Part shown: positions 47,580 through 59,250 of the stretch, piece by piece
Layout of the letters: each line of letters begins with the position of its first letter
How positions within the stretch are numbered: the first letter of the stretch is position 1
NCBI RefSeq assembly: GCF_018350175.1
Contig: NC_058374.1
Location: 113,832,001 to 113,896,000, forward strand
Reading direction: 5' to 3'
DNA from: Felis catus
Lineage: Eukaryota
DNA length: 64,000 nt
Translations under genes and position numbers: made by a program
Notes under the pieces: generated by a model
What the model was told of the DNA's origin: nothing
Databases searched by the model: none
What the model saw: only the letters and a program-made list of their open reading frames with translations

Positions 47580-48078
47580 AATACTCCCTCAGGGAACTCA
47601 CTTTCATCCAAGGATCCAGGAGCCACCATGACTAGGCGCCTAAGCTTGGCCAATGAGTTCGTTTACTGGGATTTTTGGACCTGGAAACACTGGAAATCAA
47701 GGCGGTTTCTCTCCTATAGTCAATATGTGTTGCAAGTAAGATCTTGAAACCACTGGCAGTCATTTTCTCTTACACTGTGAAGAACACCATTCTAGAGAAA
47801 GAGAAAACACAAAGAGAAACAGAAGTGAAAGCCATAGGGAACATTCTGGGGACATTTAAGTTCCTGAATTGAGTTGTTCCAGGGTGTTCTCTCTGCTGCG
47901 TTCTGGCCCTTCTTATGACTTGGTCATTCACCTCCTCCTTCGATTCTGTGAGAGACCCCAAGAGCTTTCCAGTAGTTCTTTGTTTTTTGTGTGTTTGTTT
48001 GTTTGTTTTGTTTTGTTTTTGCTTAAGCCATTTTAACTTGTTATTATCCCTTATAACTGATAGCATCCTAACTAACAG
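47580..48078 (+). mobile_element. LTR16/LTR33-like ERVL LTR (degraded)
   Basis: aagcttggccaatgag; 3' end ttgcttaagccatttt...catcctaactaaca. Confidence 0.45.
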
Positions 48079-48688
48079 AGACTTCTTGTTAAATAGTTAA
48101 CTTCTTGGTAAGAATATGAAATGTTCTGCCCCACCTGTGGACCACAGGCCAATAGTCATAAAGTATAGAGTGAAGGTAGATATTTGTCCTTGTCACTTCA
48201 CTTGAGCTCTGACATCACCTCTGGAACATGCCAATTTCCCATTCCCACAGCCCTGCCCTAAAGCTCACGTCCACTTTGCTCAATTCTATGTAACTTCTTT
48301 AAGACTGGCTTTTTCGGGAAAGGGGGAGAAGAGAAAAAGGAGGGTTCCTAGGGTTTCCAACAGAGCATCGAGGATCCAGAGCTAGCATATGGCAGAGACC
48401 AAATGAGCACGTACCTGACTCCGTCAGTCCAGTATCGTACTGCTGAACGTCATGACGCACTGTACTGGTCGGAACTATTATAGCTATCTATCCAAACAGT
48501 TTTTAAGCTTAGCTGCACATTTTAAAATTTGTATTCATAATGGATTGTTTGAAGGCAAAAGTGCTAGAAACTCTGACGTGGAAATATATCCTCATAAGAA
48601 ACGCAGATTTGACTGTGTGAAAATTTAAAACTTCCAGCCACCAAAACCCAAAAGGAAAAACAGAAAAAAACTGACAAGTAGGCAAAGC

Positions 48689-48897
48689 TTTTTTTTTTTT
48701 TTTAAATTTTTTAATGTTTATTTTTGAGAGAAAGAGAGAGGGGGACGAACAGAGAGGGGGAGACACAGAATCCGAAGCAGGGTCCAGGCTCTGAGCTGTC
48801 AGCACAGAGCCCGATGCGGGGCTCGAACTCCCCAAATGTGAGATCATGACCCGTGTGGAAGTGGGATGCTTAATCAACTGAGCCACCCGGGCACCCC
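48689..48897 (-). mobile_element. CanSINE
   Basis: Full body; TSD taggcaaa. Confidence 0.94.
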
Positions 48898-50024
48898 TAG
48901 GCAAAACAATTTTTAAAGTTTAACAGAGTTGATACCCTTAAGGGATTGGGCTAGACAGAATAAACAAAGAGCTGGCATTGTCTGAGTTTTTCATTCACCT
49001 AAAAGAGCCAGTGTTCAGGGGAACATATCCCACATTAACATTACGCATAGACAAAGGGACGAGAATAGGTGACTATAGATGATCACATCTGAAAAGATTC
49101 CTTTCAGGGTCTATGCTGTGCCCAGAGAGACCACCTAGGGAGTTATTGTATCCCAATTGATAAACAATGTGGAAAAAGCACTTTAACACACACAGTATAC
49201 GTGAGGTGAGAGCCCTCACCTTTGGTCCGGGTGACAGCTTCTGGGCCTCTCTGGTCTGGCAATTCCCCAGAGGCTGGAGGGCTATCTGCATTTCTCCTCA
49301 GAAGGGTAATTTCATCCACGCTCTTCCTAAACGACCTGGATGAAGATTTTTAACTTGCGCCTTCGGGGTTCCCTGGAAGGCCTGGCAAGAGGACGGGACT
49401 TGAAGCCCGGGAAGGAAGGCGGTGGAGTTACCTCTGGGACAGACACTATTCTCTGAGGTGCTGTGTCCTCTTCCCCGCCGTTAAAAGTGAACTGTTAAAA
49501 GGAGATTCAAATAAGCTAAAAATTTAATTAACAACGCAATGAGATCATCAGAACCGGCAGATATAATCAAAACAGTGCAGAACGACCCCCAGCCCGGCCT
49601 GAATCAGGAAACACCGAAGGCGATGTGATGTGCGTGGAGTAGTAACCTATGTGACCTGCAGGCGATGTGACACGCAGGCGGGGGCTTGTCTTCACCCGGG
49701 TTGTAAAGCAAGGTCCTGAGGCCTCAAGGCTCAGGCCTGAGAGTGCTCCCTTGGGCTACCCTGTAGGCTCTGCACTCTGATTTCCTGACGGGCCTGAATA
49801 GGCTCACATACTGTTTGCAAGTTCTCTGCATTCTCCCTTGACCCCCTAGGGAGTCTCAGGCGGATTTCAGAAACACTTTTTTGTTTCTGTGAAAAGTGGA
49901 GTTTGTGAACCAATGGCACAAGCGGCTGTCCTATTTTAGATTCTGCTCTTGGGGAATAATCATCTGGTCTCCATCCAAATCTCCGTCCGTCCAAGTTCCA
50001 GGTTTATAAATGATTTCTTTATAG

Positions 50025-51098
50025 TGTTAAAACATACACTGAGATATAGTAAACATTTTAAGAGTTTGTTGGAACAAAAACCGATTCACATAGGGCAGTT
50101 CCAGGCCTGAAATGGTTAGGATCACTCCACCGTCAGAAGCCTGGAAGTAGACTTTTTTTTTTTTTTTTGCGGGGGGTGGGGGGGCAGATATATTTAATTT
50201 TTTTTAAATTTTATTTACTTATTTTTAAATTTATATTCAAGTTAGTTAGCATATAGTTAGTGCAATAATGATTTCAGGAGTAGGTTCTAGTGCTTCATCC
50301 CCCATGGATAACACCCAGTGCTCAACCCAACAAGTGTCTTCCTTAATGCCCCTTACCGATTCAGCGCATTCCCCCTCCCTCAACCCTTCCAGCAACCCTC
50401 AGTTTGTTCTCTGTATTTAAGAGTCTTTTATGCTTTGTCCCCTTCCTTGTTCTATGTTATTTTTACTTCCCTTCCCTTATGTTTATCTGCTTTGTCTCTT
50501 AAAGTCCTCATATGAGTGACGTCATATATTTGTATTTCTCTGACTAATTTCACTTAGCATAATACCCTCTAGTTCCATCCACGTAGTTGCAAATGGCAAG
50601 ACTTCATTCCTTTTGATTGCTGAGTAATATTCCATTGTGTATATATACCACATCTTCTTTACCCATTCATCCGTCGATGGACATTTGGGCTCTTTCCATC
50701 CGTTGGCCATTGTTGATAGTGCTGCTATGAACATTGGGGTGCATGTGCCCCTTCTAAATAGCATACCTGTATCCTTTGGATAAATCCTTAGTAGTGCAAT
50801 TAATGGGTCATAGGTAGTTCTATTTTTAATTTTTTGAGGAACCTCCATCCTGCTGGGGCTAGACTTTTAAAGAAAAGAGGCAGAAACAAAACAAAGAAAT
50901 TATTAAATTGACTATAGCTTCAGCCATTGCGTTATTTGGGAAAAACCTAGTTGGCTATGATTGGCTGTTCTTAGATTTTGATTTCTTAACCTCAAAGCAG
51001 TTATAGGTTTCGTTTTGGGTTTGCTTGCACAGGCTGCTGAAGTATTGGAACCACCTCAGTCTGATGGCCTCCTTGTGTAATTAGTTTGGCAATGAACA
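50025..51098 (-). mobile_element. ERV1-class LTR split by an L1 insertion
   Basis: tgttaaaacatacactgag...gaagtagac [L1] tagacttttaaagaaaagaggcagaa...aatgaaca; the halves rejoin at tagactttt. Confidence 0.65.
50153..50852 (-). mobile_element. 5'-truncated carnivore L1 (ORF2 C-terminus plus 3'UTR)
   Basis: ORF 50522-50848 (YDPLIALLRIYPK...CTPMFIAALST...WKEPKCPSTDEWVKKMWYIYTMEYYSAIK) is the L1 ORF2p C-terminus; TSD tagactttt. Confidence 0.95.
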
Positions 51099-52174
51099 CT
51101 GGAGGTTGGTGTCACGGAAGTTTCGGCGTCTATTACCTGTCTCAGAGGTGGCCATACTGACTGGAAGTATCATAGCTTTTTCTGTGGATAACTTTTCTCT
51201 TTAGAATTTTATAGAAAACCAGTTTGCTTCAGTGGGAGGTAATCTCATTAAAGTCACGATCGAGAATAAATGGTGTCCCAGGAGACAGCTATCTTTGAAA
51301 GTAGGCTCTGACATTTTGCTAATCTGTAAGCACATTTTAGAGCAGCTGCACATATAAACTCCTTTAGAAATTTGCTGATTTGGGGTATTAGTGATAACAT
51401 AATTCAATTCAGTTCGGTTGAGGTTAAAAGAGGATTATCAGTTGGCAGGATAGTATACCTACAAAAGTGTTGCATCAAATAAATTACCCATTTGGTGTTT
51501 CCCAATCTCATGATACTCTGATATCTGTTGAGCTCAGAACAGCCAACTCTCAGTCAGAGAGGAGCTAATCCGAAATCCGTTTCACTAGGCTTCATACATT
51601 CTAGATCCTACCACACTATGAGCAGGGGGAACGATGGGAGTGACATTCAGACCAGTTGTTCGCCTTTGGTTTTCTTCTTTGCTTTTTAGAGAAGGTCAAA
51701 ACTTAGGTGTAAGTTACTTGTAGGCTTCAGTCTTTTTTGCCTTGTTACCACAGATGCGGGAGAATATGTGCTTGATAATTACCAACACGATCCTCATTTA
51801 GTGTCGTCACAGAAACAAAAGACACACTCAGACCCAGGACAGGTGACAGACAGCCAAGGCCCACAGGATTTGTTTTCTCGAGGAAAAAAAAAAAATCAAA
51901 AATTCAAATCAGTGAGAGAGGGGGAGCCAAACAAACATGCTCCAGATGTGACTCGTATTGTATGAGGTTAGCAGTGGCTGAAGTGTCCCATTCAGCTAAC
52001 GGGGTCAATGTCAGAGGGGAGCAAATAAGTGTTGCCTGGCAGGCAGTGGTTTCCTACAGAGCCTTTAGCATGTCTCCGTGACCGGGTTTATAAAATCAAG
52101 AAGATGCTGTCTAAATTTGTGGATGTCACTCAATGTGAGGGCCAACATTTTGGAGAGAGGGGCTGGGATAATGG

Positions 52175-52340
52175 TAGGGTTGCAAGATAAAAATCAGGAC
52201 GTCCAGTTAAATCAGAATTCGATGAACAACGATACATTTCTCAGTATAAGTATGTTCCAAATGTTACATGCTAAAAGATCACTTGCTGTTTTTCTGAAAT
52301 TCAGACTTCACTGTTTTTATTGCTAAATCTGGCAACCCTG
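52175..52340. mobile_element. MER53-like hAT MITE
   Basis: TIRs tagggttgcaaga / tctggcaaccct; internally palindromic. Confidence 0.85.
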
Positions 52341-53400
52341 GACAGGTGAGTTATTGAGGAAAAGAGTGTAAACAGTGGGAGAAAGGTATGAAATTCAGAG
52401 TGGTGAGCGTCTTTTTTTTAGAACTCAAAATCACCCCATAAAGCTGAAGAAATATTTGGACTGTAGCATAATAAAGTTGGGTGAGGGAAGCATGTTAAGA
52501 CCGAAAAGAAAGAAAAAGAAAAAAAAAAAAAAAGACCGAAAAGATGGGAAAACAATGAGAATCCCACTAGCTCCAAAAGGGCAGTTTTCTCTTTAACCAT
52601 CAGGGCACTCTCCGTCTGCAATCTCTCAATTTGAGTAGATTAGCATTAACTGATTTTTGAATGAATGAACCCTCTCCTTAACGCTATTCCCTTTTCCAAT
52701 GCCTTTACAAGGTTCTTAAAAACTATTGGCTTCCTTCTGTAAGGAATTCATGACACTTACCTATTTCTTAGGGAAAAGAGCAGGGAATCTGTGTAGTGAG
52801 AAAGTACCTACGTTTGGGTGGGTCGCCCAGTGCACTGGAGCGCAAGGGCGCAACTTGCCTCCTTGAGATAAATCTACTCCCATGATATCTTTCCAAACAT
52901 GCTGAATTTTTCCTAGAAAGAAGAAAGGATTCAACCAACAAGTTAATCAGAAGAGATCCGACTCGAAAGAAGAAAATCAGACAGCAGCCATTGAAGGGCA
53001 GGGCTCCTAGAACCTTCTCAGCGGGCTTGCGGGCCTTAAGAGGTAAACTTTGGGACTGCCCTATGGTTATTTTTGTCATCTCCCTGCTATTGTTTCCCGT
53101 AATGTTTCTCACGGTGATTGACACACAAGCCCTTAAAATAAGAAGGATCAGTGGGTCTGTCTGCAGAATGACAGCATGGAAGAAGACATTCAGAAGCTAG
53201 CCTGATTTGGAAGGGGAGAAGTATAATGGCCACTCCAGCTGCTACCCCATTCCAACACAAGAAAGGGTATGTCTGAGTCGAAAGACAGTAAAAGAATGAG
53301 CCCGATCTTAGGGAATGGAGATGTGACTCTAAAATCCACTGAAAACATTTGTAAATTGTATCTATGCATTTTTTTTTTTTTTTTTGGTGGAAAGGTCCAT

Positions 53401-53529
53401 NNNNNNNNNNNNNNNNNNNNNNNNNNNNNNNNNNNNNNNNNNNNNNNNNNNNNNNNNNNNNNNNNNNNNNNNNNNNNNNNNNNNNNNNNNNNNNNNNNNN
53501 NNNNNNNNNNNNNNNNNNNNNNNNNNNNN
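53401..53529. other. Assembly gap (129 N), probably including a SINE tail
   Basis: Run of N abutting a SINE body. Confidence 0.95.
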
Positions 53530-53672
53530 GAGGGAAGGAGAGAGAGAATCCCAGGCAGACTCTGTGCTGTCAGCTCAGGGCCCCATGTGGGGCTCCACCT
53601 CAAGACCCTGAGATCATGACCTGAGCTGAAATCAAGAATCAGATGCTTAAATGACTGACCCGCCCAGGCGCC
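53530..53672 (-). mobile_element. CanSINE (older; 3' part in gap)
   Basis: gagagagaatcccaggcagactc...cccaggcgcc. Confidence 0.9.
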
Positions 53673-53883
53673 TCTGATGATATTTTAAAGATGTCTTAAA
53701 GATGCCTATGACTGAAGGTTGGATAGGTGAAACTGGGCTTTGAGGAACCGTTGGGGAAACGTTTGCTTGCTCTTGGAAGCAATAAGACCTCAGTGTTGAA
53801 TTTTTTTCATGGCAGCCATATTGGTTCCATACCATTTTCTAATTCTTAAAGCAGTAAAATATGCACTTAAGTTTTAAATATAT

Positions 53884-54104
53884 ATTTTTTTAATTTTTTT
53901 AAATGTTTATTTATTTTTGAGACAGAGAGAGACAGAGCATGAACGGGGGAGGGTCAGAGAGAGAGGGAGACACAGAATCCGAAACAGGCTCCAGGCTCTG
54001 AGCTGTCAGGACAGAGCCCAACGCGGGGCTCGAACTCACAAACCACGAGATCATGACCCAAGCCGAAGTCGACTGCTTAACCGACTGAGCCACCCAGGCG
54101 CCCC
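53884..54104 (-). mobile_element. CanSINE
   Basis: 17-bp TSD ttaagttttaaatatat at 53867-53883 and 54105-54121. Confidence 0.96.
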
Positions 54105-54914
54105 TTAAGTTTTAAATATATTAAGGCTTATTGAACGACATAGAAAATCCTTGTGTTCTATTTGTCTATTCAGACATTGAGTGTCTAGCAAAGGGAAGTA
54201 AGAGGATAATGAACATGTTTACCTACTTCACAATTTCATTCAGGGTGAGTCCCCTCTGTTCAACTACCTCGGATTAATAATGATTCTTTCATAGATACCA
54301 GGGCTTTCTGATATCTTTGGCATAGCTTCAGAGCCCGATTGTGGGGTGACGTAGCTTCAGCCACCACCTGCCAGCAGAAGTAGTTGTTGTAGACATACAA
54401 TCGAGTCCTTGTGACAACGCTTGCACGTGGAATTTTTTTTGTCTGAGGACAAAGCCTCTATCATAGAAAACATAGCACCTACACTCACCAAGAATCTAGG
54501 TGCAATGGAGGGAGGTGGAGGTGAACCTCATGAAGTCTAGAGATAACACATTTGTCACATTCCAAGTGCTGAAAATAAGTGTTCTTGCACCTCCCGAGTT
54601 CTCTCAAAGCAAAGTGCAATGACAAGCTAACATCTAGCTTTCAGTTACCACTTTGCCGCAGGGAAGAATTTTAAACTATGATGTGTATGAAATTAGATTT
54701 ATAAAAACATCCCCTTGAAAGAAACGTAACTACAAAGGGAGCTTAAATGTCACCGCATGTCATGGCAACGTGTCACCAATTAAATAATTTAGAAACCCGT
54801 GACGTTCTATTCCAGCGAATGAGTGGTCACACATACATACATTTCGCAGTGCACGTTCCTCGTTTTAAATAAAACTGTATTTCTCGTAGATAGCAGACAC
54901 TCAGGTAAACCCTT

Positions 54915-55164
54915 TATTTTATCTTATTTTATCTTATTTTATTAAAAAAAATTGTTTTTAATGCTTATTTATTTCTGAGACAGAGAGAGACAGAGCATGA
55001 GTGGGGGAGGGGCAGAGAGAGAGATGGAGACACAGAATCCGAAGCAGGCTCCAGGCTTTGAGCTGTCAGCACAGAGCCCAACACGGGGCTCAAACCCACG
55101 AACCGTGAGATCATGACCCGAGCCAAAGTCAGATGCTCAACTGACTGAGCCACCCAAGCGCCCC
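54915..55164 (-). mobile_element. CanSINE
   Basis: TSD taaaccctttattt/taaatcctttattt. Confidence 0.95.
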
Positions 55165-55680
55165 TAAATCCTTTATTTAAATACAATTTTTACAATCCAG
55201 GATTCTAATTGTTACACCTTGATATACATTCGCCTTGAATGTTGGGTGCAATCCTATTTGAAGCAAGTTGGTTGGGCACCCAAGGATGTTGCCTACTTCT
55301 GTTTAACCCAGAGGGCCAGAATAGTCTGTCTGGCCATGTCCATTTCCTTCTTTCACCCTATATACCTTCATCTGGCACCTGTGCTTTGCCTAGATGAGGA
55401 AACAGTCTGTGACACGTACAGGATTTGCTTCCTTCAGAGAGTCCTCTCCAACCACTTAGGGATAAAACACCACTTTTCTCTGTTGCTATAGTTCCAGACA
55501 GCCTGTTCAGTGTGCACCTTTCTCAAAATATCGTGAGCTCTTTCAAGGAACCACCTTTGTGTCCCAAGATCTGATACACAGTAGGTGCTTCCAAAATGTG
55601 AGCTGAATGAATAGGTTGAAGTAAAAATCAGGCAAAGGGCAAGAAGGAGCTGGAAGCATTTGGCAACCCCACCACTGCAG

Positions 55681-56365
55681 TGTGGTGAATAGCGCCCCCC
55701 AGCCCTTGCCCCGCAAACACCCGGTCACGTGCACCCAGAACCTCGGGATGTGACTTTAGTTGAAAATAGGGTATTGACAGATGCAGTTAGTTTATGATTT
55801 CCAGATGCAATCATCCGGGATGTAGGGCAAACCTAAATCCGGTGACTGGTGTCCTCTTAAGAGAAAGGAAGGAGCGATTGGGAGACAGACATGCACTGGG
55901 GAAGGAGGAAGGCCATGCGAAGGAAGATAAAAAGCAGATATTGGGCTTCTGCCGCCACAGACCACGGGCAGAAACCACCAGAAGCTCAGAGAATCAGGGC
56001 ACCTGGTTGGCAGAGTCAGTTAAGCGTCCAACTCTCGATCTTATGGTCTGTGAGTTCGAGCCCCACGCTGGGCTCTGTGCTGATGGTGTGGAGCCTGCTT
56101 GGGATTCTGTCTCCCCTCTCTGCCCCTCTCCAGCTTGTGCTGTCTCTCTTGCTCTCCCTCAAAATAAATAAATAAACTTAAATTAAAAAAAAAAAAATAA
56201 GAGAATCAAGGGAAAATGCTCCCCAAGTACATTTAGAGGGAGCATGGGCTGCTGACACCTTGACTTCAGATTTCTTACCTCCAAATCTGAGAGAGGACAC
56301 ATTGCTGTTGTTTTAAGCCATCACGTTTGTGGCAATCTATTATGGCAGCCTGGGAAACTGATACA
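55681..56365 (+). mobile_element. MLT1 (MaLR, MLT1B/C/D-like) LTR split by a SINE
   Basis: cagaacctcgggatgtgactttagttgaaaatagggt...ttttaagcca...tatggcagcctgggaaactgataca. Confidence 0.85.
55997..56199 (+). mobile_element. CanSINE inside MLT1
   Basis: TSD agagaatca at 55988-55996 and 56200-56208. Confidence 0.93.
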
Positions 56366-56597
56366 CCAAAATGTGCCCACAGCTGTGAGCCCAGATGATC
56401 ACAAAGGGACAACCGACTCACGTTCCCTTCTCGTTCCCAAAGAATGACGCAACAATGCATCAGATTGAGTGCGCAATACCATGCGCTGGGTCATACACAG
56501 AACTTTGTGTCATTGCTAAAAAATCACTTCCCTATTTGACAAATGAGGACATTGAGGTTGACAGAGTAAATAACTGGTGTCAAAAAAGTATGTCATA

Positions 56598-56695
56598 GGG
56601 GCGCCCGGCTGGCTCAGTGGAAAGAGCATGTGACTCTTGATCTTGAGGTTTGGAGATCGAGCCCCGTGTTGGGTGTAGAGATTACTTCAGACTTT
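56598..56695 (+). mobile_element. Short tRNA-like CanSINE lacking the (CT)n block
   Basis: ggggcgcccggctggctcagtggaaagagcatgtgactcttgatc...gggtgtagagattactt; TSD aaaaagtatgt(c/a)ata. Confidence 0.88.
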
Positions 56696-56707
56696 AAAAA
56701 GTATGTA

Positions 56708-56938
56708 ATAATAATAACCATTTGAGTGCTTACTAGATAGTAGGCACTGTGCCAGAGCCTTTATATGAATTATCCTCATAATAAGACTATAAAGGTAGGT
56801 GCTCTTAAATTTTCCCCTATTTCAAAGATGAAAAAACCAAGGCACAGGGTATAAGTTATGTACCCAACATGTCTAGTGCTTGGCAAAAGCAGGATTTGAA
56901 TCCAAGTGGTATGATTCGAAAGCCCAGGTACTTAAGCA
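56708..56938 (-). mobile_element. Near full-length MIR
   Basis: gagtgcttact...aggcactgtgccag...aaagatgaaaaaaccaaggcacag...ggatttgaatcc. Confidence 0.8.
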
Positions 56939-57052
56939 ATTTGCAGTATTGTATGTGGACAGTGTGTGTTCATGACCCCTGCCATTCTTGTCTCTGATTC
57001 CAAAGTGCAACCCGTATACATACTACCTGCCCTTAGCATCTTGCATGCATGA

Positions 57053-57283
57053 CTTTTTTAAAGAATTTTTTTAATGTTTATTTATTTTTGACAGAGAGAG
57101 AGAGAGAGAGGCAGAGCATGAGTGGGGGAGGGGCAGTGAGGGAGGGAGACACAGAACCCGAAGCAGGCTCCAGGCTCCGAGCTGTGAGCACAGAGCCCGA
57201 TGCAGGGCTCCAACTCACAGACCGCGAGATCATGACCTGAGCCGAAGTCGGACGCTCCACTGACTGAGCCACCCAGGCGCCCC
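57053..57283 (-). mobile_element. CanSINE
   Basis: Full body with (GA)n and reversed head. Confidence 0.95.
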
Positions 57284-58462
57284 TTGAAGGCATGATTTTA
57301 TTACCTTGACCATTTCACCGTGTCGCTGATTCTCCCAGGACACCAAAATAATAGAGAAGTATGCTTATTTTGTCTGATTCCGGAGGTAATTTTTACAAAA
57401 CGCTTTCGAGATGCGAAGCAAGTCTGATGGCCAAAATACAACATAACCTGCCACCATTTGTTCTCCTTGGATCCCAGCGAGACAGCGGCAAAGCCGCCCT
57501 GTTTTGTCTACATTGTTTGATTATTGTCTGCGTTCTGCCCTTCTATGTATAGGCAGTTCGGAAGGGACCTTTTCAGGGGTCACAATTATGCAAGTGCAGC
57601 TTGAAAAATACTGTAGCTTGCTACATGCTCACTATCCTGGTACACCCAACAGATCTTAGTGGGTTTTCCCCCTCCTTTGCCAGAATTGTATCAGTTTTTC
57701 CACACACATGTAGGACAATAAATAAAGAGTGGAGGCCCAAAGGAGCTTGCGATATGATTGGGGTAAGAAGCTTCAGTTGGCCTTAAATGTCAAACCATAT
57801 CCTTCCTGAATAATCAAGAATGTCAGTGTCTATTACTTTCTACTTCTTGGCGTGTAACTTGCACAAACCTCAAGTTTCACAGGATGTATTTTCTAGGTGG
57901 AAAGTCTTTCTAGAGACCTTCAGTGTTTCTACATTTACTTTGTAGAGTGACGGCTTATATTAGTTCAGTCATTCAAATACGTTACTGATACATGTTTGTA
58001 ATTCAAATTGTATAAACATGGACCAAAGTGAACAAGATATTGAAACAAACTGCAGATGTAACTACCTTCTCCAGTCCTCCTAATTGCTCCCAACACTGCA
58101 GTGTTAGTATGCTTGATCCAAGCAGGGCCAATCACAGTCTCTTCTTTTTATGCTTCCCTCCTGGGCATAGATGATTGGTTCAAATGTGGGCCTCCAGTCC
58201 AAAGTTTGGAAATGTACCTAAAATTAGAGGTGTGGATATGTACCTAAAACTACATTAATTTCCTCTTGTGTGACAGAAACTGAGAGCCGGTAACATAGGA
58301 ACTATTGGTGCCCCTGGTCCTGAGGAGTAGGCAAAGTGGCTTGGTAATGGGAGAAATGAATGAGAGACACCCAAAGGAAAAGAAAATCAAGGAGCAGGAA
58401 AAAAATAAATAAATAAATAAATTTGATGGATTCCCCCAGTGCTCTGCCAGTTTTTTGCTGAC

Positions 58463-59250
58463 TCTCTTAGTTATCTATTGTTATGTAACAGATTAACTCA
58501 ACACTAAATTAATGAAGAGCATTTATTTTCCCATAATTTCTGCAAGTCGGGAATCTAGACGTGACTTAACTGGACCCTCTGTCCCCAGATCCCTCAAAAA
58601 ATTAAAGTCAAGGTGCTGACCACAGCCGTAGTCTCATCAGACATCTCAACTAGGGAAGGATATTTTCCAGGCTCTCACATAGCAGACGGCAGAATTCTGT
58701 TCTTGCCGGGAGTTGCATTAAGAACCTTGGTTCCCCTTGAGCTGCTGGCCAGAGGCTGCCCTCGGTTCCTTGTCACGTAAGCTGTTTCACGGGGCAGCTC
58801 AAAATATGGCATCTGTCTTCATCAGATTGGAAAGAAAGAAAATGGAAGCCACAGTCTTTTATAATGTAATCTTGGAAGAGACATCCCATCACTTTTGCTA
58901 AGTTCTATTTATTAGAAGTCACTAGATCCAGCCAGCCCACACTCCTGGGGAGGGGATGATATTTGGTAAAAACATTAGGAGTCAGGGATCACTGAAAGCC
59001 ATTTAAAAAGATTTTTTAATGTTTATTTATTTTTGAGAGAGAAAGACAGAGTGTAAATGGGGGAAGGGCAGAGAGAGAGAGAGGGAGACACAGAATCCGA
59101 AGCAAGCTCCAGGCTCCGAGCAGTCAGCACAGAGACTGACGTGGGCCTCAAACTCATGAAATGCAAGATTCCGACTTGAGGGAAAGTCACACACTTAACT
59201 GACTGAGCCACCAGGCTTCTCAAGAGCTATTTTAAAAGCAACTTAATACA
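58463..59250 (-). mobile_element. MLT1 (MaLR) LTR split by a SINE
   Basis: tcttagttatctattgttatgtaaca...ggaatctagacgtgacttaactgg...gaagagacatcccatcactt. Confidence 0.75.
59008..59218 (-). mobile_element. CanSINE
   Basis: Full body. Confidence 0.92.

Noticed and set aside
50522-50848. 108-aa ORF as a host gene
   Set aside because: It is the L1 ORF2p C-terminus in a truncated copy.
51100-52100. ERV internal (env-like) sequence next to the LTR
   Set aside because: No polypurine tract at the LTR junction and no convincing gag, pol or env motif.
52755-52762. Perfect minus-strand donor AG|GTAAGT
   Set aside because: About 1-2 such 8-mers are expected by chance in 64 kb on both strands, and no matching exon was found.
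56598-56695. tRNA gene
   Set aside because: It has A/B-box-like sequence but also a TSD, a SINE-type 3' end and no complete cloverleaf. It is a tRNA-derived SINE, like the other CanSINE heads.
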